64,000 nucleotides of DNA from the human T2T-CHM13v2.0 reference genome, Homo sapiens: positions 29,376,001 through 29,440,000 of the forward strand of contig CP086569.2 of assembly GCA_009914755.4 (NCBI GenBank), given 5' to 3'. The notes under the pieces were generated by a model. That model was not told where the DNA came from. It searched no databases and saw only the letters and a list, made by a program, of their open reading frames with translations. Positions 12,301 to 25,893 of the stretch are shown here, in pieces. Position numbers and translations under genes: made by a program. The first letter of the stretch is position 1. Every line of letters starts with the position of its first letter.

Positions 12301-15245
12301 TGGAATGGAATGAAATCACATGGAATGGGAACGAATGGAATGGAATGGAAATGAATGGAATCGAATGGAAAGGAATCGAATGGAAATCACTCGAATAGAA
12401 TGCAATTTAATAAAATAGGATCAAATGTAATGGAATGGAATGGAAAGGAATCGAAACGAAAGGAATGGAGACAGATGCAATGGAATGGAACAGAGAGCAA
12501 TGGTATAGAATGCAATGGAATCATCTGGAATGGAATTGAATGGAATGGAATAATATGAAATGGAATGGAATGGAATGGAATGCCCTTGAATTAAATGGAC
12601 TGGAATGGAATGGACTCGAACAGAGTGGAATGAAAAGTGTTGAGATAGAATGGAATGGACTCTTTTGGAATGGTCTAGTATGCAATGCAATCGACTGGCA
12701 GGGAATCAAAAGGAATGTAATCGAATGGATTGGACTGGAATGCAATGGACTCGAATAGATTGGAAACGGAATGCAAAGGAATGGAATGGAATAGTATGGA
12801 ATGGAATGGAAAGGAATGGAGTGGAATAGACTAGAGTGGAATGGAATGGACTGGAAAACAATGGACTGGAATGGAACTTTCTTGAATGGACTGGAATCAA
12901 ACGGAATGGAATGCAATGCAATCAAATGGCATGGAATAAAATAGAATGAAAGAGAATCAAATGGAATTGAATCGAATGGAATCGAATGGATTGGAAAGGA
13001 ATAGAATGGAATGGAATGGAATTGACTCAAATGGAATGGACTAGAATGGAATGGATTCGAATGGAAGGCAAAGGAATGGAATCTATTGGAATGGACTGTA
13101 ATGGAATGGAATGGAAGGGATTGGAATGGACTCGAATGGAATGGACTGCAATAGAAAGGATTCGAATGGAATGAAAAAGAATTGAATGGAATAGAACAGA
13201 ATGGAATCAAATCGAATGAAATGGAATGGAATAGAAAGGAATGGAATGAAATGGAATGGAAAGGATTCGAATGGAATGCAATCGAATGGAATGCAATCGA
13301 ACGGAATGGAATCGAACGGAATGGAATAAAATGGAAGAAAACTGGCAAGAAATGGAATCGAAATGAATGGAGTGTTATGGAACGGACTCAAAAGGAATTG
13401 AATGTAATAGAATGGAGTGGAGTGGACTCGAATATAATGGACTGGAATGGAATGAAATCACATGGAATGGGAACGAATGGAATGGAATGGAAAGGAATGG
13501 AATCGAATGGAAAGGAATCGAATGGAAATCACTCGAATAGAATGCAATTTAATAAAATAGGATCAAATGTAATGGAATGGAATGGAAAGGAATCGAAACG
13601 AAAGGAATGGAGACAGATGGAATGGAATGGAACAGAGAGCAATGGTATAGAATGGAATGGAATCATCTGGAATGGAATTGAATGGAATGGAATAATATGA
13701 AATGGAATGGAATGGAATGGAATGCCCTTGAATTAAATGGACTGGAATGGAATGGACTCGAACAGAGTGGAATGAAAAGTGTTGAGATAGAATGGAATGG
13801 ACTCTTTTGGAATGGTCTAGTATGCAATGCAATCGACTGGCAGCGAATCAAAAGGAATGTAATCGAATGGATTGGACTGGAATGCAATGGACTCGAATAG
13901 ATTGGAAACGGAATGCAAAGGAATGGAATGGAATAGTATGGAATGGAATGGAAAGGAATGGAGTGGAATAGACTAGAGTGGAATGGAATGGACTGGAAAG
14001 CAATGGACTGGAATGGAACTTTCTTGAATGGACTGGAATCAAACGGAATGGAATGCAATGCAATCAAATGGCATGGAATAAAATAGAATGAAAGAGAATC
14101 AAATGGAATTGAATCGAATGGAATCGAATGGATTGGAAAGGAATAGAATGGAATGGAATGGAATTGACTCAAATGGAATGGACTAGAATGGAATGGATTC
14201 GAATGGAAGGCAAAGGAATGGAATCTATTGGAATGGACTGTAATGGAATGGAATGGAAGGGATTGGAATGGACTCGAATGGAATGGACTGCAATAGAAAG
14301 GATTCGAATGGAATGAAAAAGAATTGAATGGAATAGAACAGAATGGAATCAAATCGAATGAAATGGAATGGAATAGAAAGGAATGGAATGAAATGGAATG
14401 GAAAGGATTCGAATGGAATGCAATCGAATGGAATGCAATCGAACGGAATGGAATCGAACGGAATGGAATAAAATGGAAGAAAACTGGCAAGAAATGGAAT
14501 CGAAATGAATGGAGTGTTATGGAACGGACTCAAAAGGAATTGAATGTAATAGAATGGAGTGGAGTGGACTCGAATATACTGGACTGGAATGGAATGAAAT
14601 CACATGGAATGGGAACGAATGGAATGGAATGGAAAGGAATGGAATCGAATGGAAAGGAATCGAATGGAAGGGAATGAAATTGAATCAACAGGAATGGAAG
14701 GGAATAGAATAGACGGTAATGGAATGGACTCGAATAGAATGGACACGAATGCTGAAATTGAATGGACTCGAATGGAATGGAAACGAAAGGAATGTCATCG
14801 AATGGAATTGAATCGATTGGAATGAAATCGCATGGAATGGAGTGGAATCCAATGGAATTGAATCGAAAGGAAAGGAAGCGAATGGACTGAAATGAAATGG
14901 AATGGAATTGAATGGAAAGTAATGCAATGGAATAGAATGGAACGAAATTTCACGGAATGGAATCAAACTGAATGGAATCAAATCAATGGAATATAATCAA
15001 ATGGAATGGAAAGGAATTGAATGGAGTAGATGGGATTGGATGGGATTGGAATGAAATGTACTGGAAAAGACTCGAATTTTATGAAACGGAATGGAATGAA
15101 TTGGAACGGAATGGACTCGAATGGAATGGAATGTCATGGAATGGCATCAAATGGAATGGCATCAAATGGAATGGAATCGAATGCAATGGAATGCTATGGA
15201 ATGGAATGGAATGCATTGGAATGGAATGTCCTCTAATGGAATGGA
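9398..15245. repeat. HOR unit 3, expanded 5,848 bp variant with 3 x 1,142 bp. Near-identical to unit 1.
   Basis: All landmarks of unit 1 recur at +9,397 bp. Unit-specific variants are shared with unit 1, for example the 15 bp insertion that gives the 275-codon rather than 270-codon stop-free frame, and gaattcattttaataaaatagg. Confidence 0.85.
11237..14663. repeat. The same 3 x 1,142 bp amplification in unit 3. It is a copy of 1840-5266 at +9,397.
   Basis: Joints at ~12379 and ~13521. The internal variant pattern is identical to unit 1. Confidence 0.8.
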
Positions 15246-18200
15246 TTCGAGTGGAATGGAATCGAATATAATGGAGTCGAATGAAATGGAATTGAAAGGA
15301 ATGGGATCGAATACAATGGAATATACTGGAATGTAACGTAATGAACTCGAATGTAATTGACTGGAATGGAATGTACATGAATGGAATGTAATCGAATGGA
15401 AAGTAATCCAATGGAATAGAATCTAATGCAATAAAATCGACTCAAATAGAATAGAATGTAATGGAATGGAGTGCAGTGCAATGGAATGGAATGGAATGGA
15501 ATTCAATGCAATGGAATGTAATGGAATGGAATGGAATGGGATGGAATGGTATGGAATGGATAGTAATGGACTGGAGTGAAATGGACTGGAAAGGAATGGA
15601 CTCAAATTGAAAGGGCTCGAAAGGAATGGAGTCAAATGGAATGGTCTGGAATGGAATGAACACGAATGTAATGCAATCCAATAGAATGGAATCGAATGGC
15701 ATGGAATATAAAGAAATGGAATCGAAGAGAATGGAAACAAATGGAATGGAATTGAATGGAATGGAATTGAATGGAATGGGAAGGAATGGAGTGAAATTGT
15801 ATGCAGTAGAAGAGAATAGAATGGAATGCAAGCGAAAGGAAAGGAATGGATTTCAATGGAATGGAATTCATTGGAATGGAAGGGAATGTAGTGTAATGGA
15901 CAGGCCTGGAATAAAGTGGAATGCTACGGTCTCGAATGGAATAAAAATGTATGGAATGGAATGCAATGAAACGGAATCGAATGTCATAGAATGTAATGGA
16001 ATGCAAAAAAAATGGAATCCAAAATCATTGACTGGAAAGGCTGTGTGTCGAAAGGAATTGACTCCAATGGAATGGAATCGAATGGAATGGAAGTGAATAG
16101 AATCGAACTAAATCGAATGGAATGGAATTGATAGGAACGGAATGGAAAGGAATGCAATGATTTGGCATGGAATGGAATCGAATGGCATCGAATGGAATGG
16201 AATGGAATGCAATGGAATGGAATGTATTAGAATGTAATGAACATTAATGGAATGTACTCGAATGGATTCGACTGGAATGGAATGTTCTAGAAGTGAATGG
16301 ACTCCAATGGAATGGATTCGAAAGGAATGGAATCGAACGGAATGGCATCTAATGGAATGGAATTAAATGGAAATGAATCAAATTGAATAGCACGGAATTG
16401 AATTGAATGGAATCGAATGCAATGGAATCTAATGAAACGGAAAGGAAAGGAATGGAATGGAATGGAATGGGCTGGAATGGAATGGAATCGAAACGAATGG
16501 AATGGAATCGAACTGAAGAGACTGGAATGGAATGCACTGGAATGGAAGGGAGTGTAGTGGAAGGTTCTCGAAAAAAATGGAATCGAATGGAATGGAATTG
16601 AATGGAACGGAATAGAGTCGAATGGAATTGAATGGAATGGAATGGACTAGAGTGAAATGGAATTGAACCACAAGGAATGGACTGGAATAGAATGGTCTCG
16701 AATTGAAAGGAATCGTATGGAATCGCATCAAACGGAATGGAATGGACAGCCACGGAATGGAATGCACTCGAATGCAATGGAGTCGAAACTAATGGACTGG
16801 AATAGAATGGACTCGACTGGTACGGACTCCAATGGAATGGAATCGAATGGAAGGGAATCGAACGGAATGGACTCGAAGGGAAAAGACTGCAATGGAAAGG
16901 TCTCGAATGGAATGGAAATTAATGGCATGGAATGGAATCGAATGAAATGGAGTCAAAAGGAATGGAATCGAATGGCAAGAAATCGAATGGAATGGAATCA
17001 CAAGGAATTGATGTGAACGGAACGGAATGGAATGGAATCCAAAGGAATGGAATAGAATGGAATGGAATCGAATGGAAAGGACTCGAATGGAAATCACTCG
17101 AATAGAATGCAATTTAATAAAATAGGATCAAATGTAATGGAATGGAATGGAAAGGAATCGAAATGAAAGGAATGGAGAAAGATGGAATGGAATGGAGCAG
17201 AGAGCAATGGTATAGAATGGAATGGAATCATCTGGAATGGAATTGAATGGAATGGAATAATATGAAATGGAATGGAATGGAATGGAATGCCCTTGAATTA
17301 AATGGACTGGAATGGAATGGACTCGAACAGAGTGGAATGGAAAGTGTTGAAATAGAATGGAATGGACTCCTTTGGAATGGTCTAGTATGCAATGCAATCG
17401 ACTGGCAGGGAATCAAAAGGAATGTAATCGAATGGATTGGAGTGGAATGCAATGGACTCGAATAGATTGGAAACGGAATGCAAAGGAATGGAATGGAATA
17501 GTATGGAATGGAATGGAAAGGAATGGAGTGGAATAGACTAGAGTGGAATGGAATGGACTGGAAAGCAATGGACTGGAATGGAACTTTCTTGAATGGACTG
17601 GAATCAAACGGAATGGAATGCAATGCAATCAAATGGCATGGAATAAAATAGAATGAAAGAGAATCAAATGGAATTGAATCGAATGGAATCGAATGGATTG
17701 GAAAGGAATAGAATGGAATGGAATGGAATTGACTCAAATGGAATGGACTAGAATGGAATGGATTCGAATGGAAGGCAAAGGAATGGAATCTATTGGAATG
17801 GACTGTAATGGAATGGAATGGAAGGGATTGGAATGGACTCGAATGGAATGGACTGCAATAGAAAGGATTCGAATGGAATGAAAAAGAATTGAATGGAATA
17901 GAACAGAATGGAATCAAATCGAATGAAATGGAATGGAATAGAAAGGAATGGAATGAAATGGAATGGAAAGGATTCGAATGGAATGCAATCGAATGGAATG
18001 GAATCGAACGGAATGGAATAAAATGGAAGCAAACTGGCAAGAAATGGAATCGAAATGAATGGAGTGTTATGGAACGGACTCAAAAGGAATTGAATGTAAT
18101 AGAATGGAGTGGAGTGGACTCGAATATACTGGACTGGAATGGAATGAAATCACATGGAATGGGAACGAATGGAATGGAATGGAAAGGAATGGAATCGAAT

Positions 18201-18794
18201 GGAAAGGAATCGAATGGAAGGGAATGAAATTGAATCAACAGGAATGGAAGGGAATAGAATAGACGGTAATGGAATGGACTCGAATAGAATGGACACGAAT
18301 GCTGAAATTGAATGGACTCGAATGGAATGGAAACGAAAGGAATGTCATCGAATGGAATTGAATCGATTGGAATGAAATCGCATAGAATGGAGTGGAATCC
18401 AATGGAATTGAATCGAAAGGAAAGGAAGCGAATGGACTGAAATGAAATGGAATGGAATTGAATGGAAAGTAATGCAATGGAATAGAATGGAACGAAATTT
18501 CACGGAATGGAATCAAACTGAATGGAATCAAATCAATGGAATCTAATCAAATGGAATGGAAAGGAATTGAATGGAGTAGATGGGATTGGATGTGATTGGA
18601 ATGAAATGTACTGGAAAAGACTCGAATTTTATGAAACGGTATGGAATGAATTGGAACGGAATGGACTCGAATGGAATGGAATGTCATGGAATGGCATCAA
18701 ATGGAATGGCATCAAATGGAATGGAATCGAATGCAATGGAATGCTATGGAATGGAATGGAATGCATTGGAATGGAATGTCCTCTAATGGAATGG
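15246..18794. repeat. HOR unit 4, canonical 3,549 bp. Near-identical to unit 2.
   Basis: Landmarks of unit 2 recur at +9,397 bp. It differs from unit 2 by, for example, an A7 to A8 homopolymer change near 16008. Confidence 0.85.
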
Positions 18795-21700
18795 ATTCGA
18801 GTGGAATGGAATCGAATATAATGGAGTCGAATGAAATGGAATTGAAAGGAATGGGATCGAATACAATGGAATATACTGGAATGTAACGTAATGAACTCGA
18901 ATGTAATTGACTGGAATGGAATGTACATGAATGGAATGTAATCGAATGGAAAGTAATCCAATGGAATAGAATCTAATGCAATAAAATCGACTCAAATAGA
19001 ATAGAATGTAATGGAATGGAGTGCAGTGCAATGGAATGGAATGGAATGGAATGCAATGCAATGGAATGTAATGGAATGGAATGGAATGGGATGGAATGGT
19101 ATGGAATGGATAGTAATGGACTGGAGTGAAATGGACTGGAAAGGAATGGACTCAAATTGAAAGGGCTCGAAAGGAATGGAGTCAAATGGAATGGTCTGGA
19201 ATGGAATGAACACGAATGTAATGCAATCCAATAGAATGGAATCGAATGGCATGGAATATAAAGAAATGGAATCAAAGAGAATGGAAACAAATGGAATGGA
19301 ATTGAATGGAATGGAATTGAATGGAATGGGAAGGAATGGAGTGAAATTGTATGCAGTAGAAGAGAATAGAATGGAATGCAAGCGAAAGGAAAGGAATGGA
19401 TTGCAATGGAATGGAATTCATTGGAATGGAAGGGAATGTAGTGTAATGGACAGGCCTGGAATAAAGTGGAATGCTACGGTCTCGAATGGAATAAAAATGT
19501 ATGGAATGGAATGCAATGAAACGGAATCGAATGTCATAGAATGTAATGGAATGCAAAAAAATGGAATCCAAAATCATTGACTGGAAAGGCTGTGTGTCGA
19601 AAGGAATTGACTCCAATGGAATGGAATCGAATGGAATGGAAGTGAATAGAATCGAACTAAATCGAATGGAATGGAATTGATAGGAACGGAATGGAAAGGA
19701 ATGCAATGATTTGGCATGGAATGGAATCGAATGGCATCGAACGGAATGGAATGGAATGCAATGGAATGGAATGTATTAGAATGTAATGAACATTAATGGA
19801 ATGTACTCGAATGGATTCGACTGGAATGGAATGTTCTAGAAGTGAATGGACTCCAATGGAATGGATTCGAAAGGAATGGAATCGAACGGAATGGCATCTA
19901 ATGGAATGGAATTAAATGGAAATGAATCAAATTGAATAGCACGGAATTGAATTGAATGGAATCGAATGCAATGGAATCTAATGAAACGGAAAGGAAAGGA
20001 ATGGAATGGAATGGAATGGGCTGGAATGGAATGGAATCGAAACGAATGGAATGGAATCGAACTGAAGAGACTGGAATGGAATGCACTGGAATGGAAGGGA
20101 GTGTAGTGGAAGGTTCTCGAAAAAAATGGAATCGAATGGAATGGAATTGAATGGAACGGAATAGAGTCGAATGGAATTGAATGGAATGGAATGGACTAGA
20201 GTGAAATGGAATCGAACCACAAGGAATGGACTGGAATAGAATGGTCTCGAATTGAAAGGAATCGTATGGAATGGCATCAAACGGAATGGAATGGACAGCC
20301 ACGGAATGGAATGCACTCGAATGCAATGGAGTCGAAACTAATGGACTGGAATAGAATGGACTCGACTGGTACGGACTCCAATGGAATGGAATCGAATGGA
20401 AGGGAATCGAACGCAATGGACTCGAAGGGAAAAGACTGCAATGGAAAGGTCTCGAATGGAATGGAAATTAATGGAATGGAATGGAATCGAATGAAATGGA
20501 GTCAAAAGGAATGGAATCGAGTGGCAAGAAATCGAATGGAATGGAATCACAAGGAATTGATGTGAACGGAACGGAATGGAATGGAATCCAAAGGAATGGA
20601 ATAGAATGGAATGGAATCGAATGGAAAGGACTCGAATGGAAATCACTCGAATAGAATGCAATTTAATAAAATAGGATCAAATGTAATGGAATGGAATGGA
20701 AAGGAATCGAAATGAAAGGAATGGAGACAGATGGAATGGAATGGAACAGAGAGCAATGGTATAGAATGGAATGGAATCATCTGGAATGGAATTGAATGGA
20801 ATGGAATAATATGAAATGGAATGGAATGGAATGGAATGCCCTTGAATTAAATGGACTGGAATGGAATGGACTCGAACAGAGTGGAATGGAAAGTGTTGAA
20901 ATAGAATGGAATGGACTCCTTTGGAATGGTCTAGTATGCAATGCAATCGACTGGCAGGGAATCAAAAGGAATGTAATCGAATGGATTGGACTGGAATGCA
21001 ATGGACTCGAATAGATTGGAAACGGAATGCAAAGGAATGGAATGGAATAGTATGGAATGGAATGGAAAGGAATGGAGTGGAATAGACTAGAGTGGAATGG
21101 AATGGACTGGAAAGCAATGGACTGGAATGGAACTTTCTTGAATGGACTGGAATCAAACGGAATGGAATGCAATGCAATCAAATGGCATGGAATAAAATAG
21201 AATGAAAGAGAATCAAATGGAATTGAATCGAATGGAATCGAATGGATTGGAAAGGAATAGAATGGAATGGAATGGAATTGACTCAAATGGAATGGACTAG
21301 AATGGAATGGATTCGAATGGAAGGCAAAGGAATGGAATCTATTGGAATGGACTGTAATGGAATGGAATGGAAGGGATTGGAATGGACTCGAATGGAATGG
21401 ACTGCAATAGAAAGGATTCGAATGGAATGAAAAAGAATTGAATGGAATAGAACAGAATGGAATCAAATCGAATGAAATGCAATGGAATAGAAAGGAATGG
21501 AATGAAATGGAATGGAAAGGATTCGAATGGAATGCAATCGAATGGAATGGAATCGAACGGAATGGAATAAAATGGAAGAAAACTGGCAAGAAATGGAATC
21601 GAAATGAATGGAGTGTTATGGAACGGACTCAAAAGGAATTGAATGTAATAGAATGGAGTGGAGTGGACTCGAATATACTGGACTGGAATGGAATGAAATC

Positions 21701-22344
21701 ACATGGAATGGGAACGAATGGAATGGAATGGAAAGGAATGGAATCGAATGGAAAGGAATCGAATGGAAGGGAATGAAATTGAATCAACAGGAATGGAAGG
21801 GAATAGAATAGACGGTAATGGAATGGACTCGAATAGAATGGACACGAATGCTGAAATTGAATGGACTCGAATGGAATGGAAACGAAAGGAATGTCATCGA
21901 ATGGAATTGAATCGATTGGAATGAAATCGCATAGAATGGAGTGGAATCCAATGGAATTGAATCGAAAGGAAAGGAAGCGAATGGACTGAAATGAAATGGA
22001 ATGGAATTGAATGGAAAGTAATGCAATGGAATAGAATGGAACGAAATTTCACGGAATGGAATCAAACTGAATGGAATCAAATCAATGGAATCTAATCAAA
22101 TGGAATGGAAAGGAATTGAATGGAGTAGATGGGATTGGATGTGATTGGAATGAAATGTACTGGAAAAGACTCGAATTTTATGAAACGGTATGGAATGAAT
22201 TGGAACGGAATGGACTCGAATGGAATGGAATGTCATGGAATGGCATCAAATGGAATGGCATCAAATGGAATGGAATCGAATGCAATGGAATGCTATGGAA
22301 TGGAATGGAATGCATTGGAATGGAATGTCCTCTAATGGAATGGA
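18795..22344. repeat. HOR unit 5 (3,550 bp)
   Basis: Landmark ttcgagtgg at 18795 and 22345. Confidence 0.85.
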
Positions 22345-25300
22345 TTCGAGTGGAATGGAATCGAATATAATGGAGTCGAATGAAATGGAATTGAAAGGAA
22401 TGGGATCGAATACAATGGAATATACTGGAATGTAACGTAATGAACTCGAATGTAATTGACTGGAATGGAATGTACATGAATGGAATGTAATCGAATGGAA
22501 AGTAATCCAATGGAATAGAATCTAATGCAATAAAATCGACTCAAATAGAATAGAATGTAATGGAATGGAGTGCAGTGCAATGGAATGGAATGGAATGGAA
22601 TGCAATGCAATGGAATGTAATGGAATGGAATGGAATGGGATGGAATGGTATGGAATGGATAGTAATGGACTGGAGTGAAATGGACTGGAAAGGAATGGAC
22701 TCAAATTGAAAGGGCTCGAAAGGAATGGAGTCAAATGGAATGGTCTGGAATGGAATGAACACGAATGTAATGCAATCCAATAGAATGGAATCGAATGGCA
22801 TGGAATATAAAGAAATGGAATCGAAGAGAATGGAAACAAATGGAATGGAATTGAATGGAATGGAATTGAATGGAATGGGAAGGAATGGAGTGAAATTGTA
22901 TGCAGTAGAAGAGAATAGAATGGAATGCAAGCGAAAGGAAAGGAATGGATTGCAATGGAATGGAATTCATTGGAATGGAAGGGAATGTAGTGTAATGGAC
23001 AGGCCTGGAATAAAGTGGAATGCTACGGTCTCGAATGGAATAAAAATGTATGGAATGGAATGCAATGAAACGGAATCGAATGTCATAGAATGTAATGGAA
23101 TGCAAAAAAATGGAATCCAAAATCATTGACTGGAAAGGCTGTGTGTCGAAAGGAATTGACTCCAATGGAATGGAATCGAATGGAATGGAAGTGAATAGAA
23201 TCGAACTAAATCGAATGGAATGGAATTGATAGGAACGGAATGGAAAGGAATGCAATGATTTGGCATGGAATGGAATCGAATGGCATCGAACGGAATGGAA
23301 TGGAATGCAATGGAATGGAATGTATTAGAATGTAATGAACATTAATGGAATGTACTCGAATGGATTCGACTGGAATGGAATGTTCTAGAAGTGAATGGAC
23401 TCCAATGGAATGGATTCGAAAGGAATGGAATCGAACGGAATGGCATCTAATGGAATGGAATTAAATGGAAATGAATCAAATTGAATAGCACGGAATTGAA
23501 TTGAATGGAATCGAATGCAATGGAATCTAATGAAACGGAAAGGAAAGGAATGGAATGGAATGGAATGGGCTGGAATGGAATGGAATCGAAACGAATGGAA
23601 TGGAATCGAACTGAAGAGACTGGAATGGAATGCACTGGAATGGAAGGGAGTGTAGTGGAAGGTTCTCAAAAAAAATGGAATCGAATGGAATGGAATTGAA
23701 TGGAACGGAATAGAGTCGAATGGAATTGAATGGAATGGAATGGACTAGAGTGAAATGGAATCGAACCACAAGGAATGGACTGGAATAGAATGGTCTCGAA
23801 TTGAAAGGAATCGTATGGAATGGCATCAAACGGAATGGAATGGACAGCCACGGAATGGAATGCACTCGAATGCAATGGAGTCGAAACTAATGGACTGGAA
23901 TAGAATGGACTCGACTGGTACGGACTCCAATGTAATGGAATCGAATGGAAGGGAATCGAACGCAATGGACTCGAAGGGAAAAGACTGCAATGGAAAGGTC
24001 TCGAATGGAATGGAAATTAATGGAATGGAATGGAATCGAATGAAATGGAGTCAAAAGGAATGGAATCGAATGGCAAGAAATCGAATGGAATGGAATCACA
24101 AGGAATTGATGTGAACGGAACGGAATGGAATGGAATCCAAAGGAATGGAATAGAATGGAATGGAATCGAATGGAAAGGACTCGAATGGAAATCACTCGAA
24201 TAGAATGCAATTTAATAAAATAGGATCAAATGTAATGGAATGGAATGGAAAGGAATCGAAATGAAAGGAATGGAGACAGATGGAATGGAATGGAACAGAG
24301 AGCAATGGTATAGAATGGAATGGAATCATCTGGAATGGAATTGAATGGAATGGAATAATATGAAATGGAATGGAATGGAATGGAATGCCCTTGAATTAAA
24401 TGGACTGGAATGGAATGGACTCGAACAGAGTGGAATGGAAAGTGTTGAAATAGAATGGAATGGACTCCTTTGGAATGGTCTAGTATGCAATGCAATCGAC
24501 TGGCAGGGAATCAAAAGGAATGTAATGGAATGGATTGGACTGGAATGCAATGGACTCGAATAGATTGGAAACGGAATGCAAAGGAATGGAATGGAATAGT
24601 ATGGAATGGAATGGAAAGGAATGGAGTGGAATAGACTAGAGTGGAATGGAATGGACTGGAAAGCAATGGACTGGAATGGAACTTTATTGAATGGACTGGA
24701 ATCAAACGGAATGGAATGCAATGCAATCAAATGGCATGGAATAAAATAGAATGAAAGAGAATCAAATGGAATTGAATCGAATGGAATCGAATGGATTGGA
24801 AAGGAATAGAATGGAATGGAATGGAATTGACTCAAATGGAATGGACTAGAATGGAATGGATTCGAATGGAAGGCAAAGGAATGGAATCTATTGGAATGGA
24901 CTGTAATGGAATGGAATGGAAGGGATTGGAATGGACTCGAATGGAATGGACTGCAATAGAAAGGATTCGAATGGAATGAAAAAGAATTGAATGGAATAGA
25001 ACAGAATGGAATCAAATCGAATGAAATGCAATGGAATAGAAAGGAATGGAATGAAATGGAATGGAAAGGATTCGAATGGAATGCAATCGAATGGAATGGA
25101 ATCGAACGGAATGGAATAAAATGGAAGAAAACTGGCAAGAAATGGAATCGAAATGAATGGAGTGTTATGGAACGGACTCAAAAGGAATTGAATGTAATAG
25201 AATGGAGTGGAGTGGACTCGAATATAATGGACTGGAATGGAATGAAATCACATGGAATGGGAACGAATGGAATGGAATGGAAAGGAATGGAATCGAATGG

Positions 25301-25893
25301 AAAGGAATCGAATGGAAGGGAATGAAATTGAATCAACAGGAATGGAAGGGAATAGAATAGACGGTAATGGAATGGACTCGAATAGAATGGACACGAATGT
25401 TCAAATTGAATGGACTCGAATGGAATGGAAACGAAAGGAATGTCATCGAATGGAATTGAATCGATTGGAATGAAATCGCATAGAATGGAGTGGAATCAAA
25501 TGGAATTGAATCGAAAGGAAAGGAAGCGAATGGACTGAAATGAAATGGAATGGAATTGAATGGAAAGTAATGCAATGGAATAGAATGGAAAGAAATTTCA
25601 CAGAATGGAATCAAACTGAATGGAATCAAATCAATGGAATCTAATCAAATGGAATGGAAAGGAATTGAATGGAGTAGATGGGATTGGATGGGATTGGAAT
25701 GAAATGTACTGGAAAAGACTCGAATTTTATGAAACGGAATGGAATGAATTGGAACGGAATGGACTCGAATGGAATGGAATGTCATGGAATGGCATCAAAT
25801 GGAATGGCATCAAATGGAATGGAATCGAATGCAATGGAATGCTATGGAATGGAATGGAATGCATTGGAATGGAATGTCCTCTAATGGAATGGA
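22345..25893. repeat. HOR unit 6 (3,549 bp)
   Basis: Landmark ttcgagtgg at 22345 and 25894. Confidence 0.85.

Larger units (their letters stand above)
1..18794. repeat. Two tandem copies of a 9,397 bp super-repeat, each made of one 5,848 bp unit plus one 3,549 bp unit
   Basis: All landmarks recur at exactly +9,397, for example 396 and 9793, 1103 and 10500, and 6229 and 15626. Only a handful of single-base differences separate the two copies. Confidence 0.85.
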
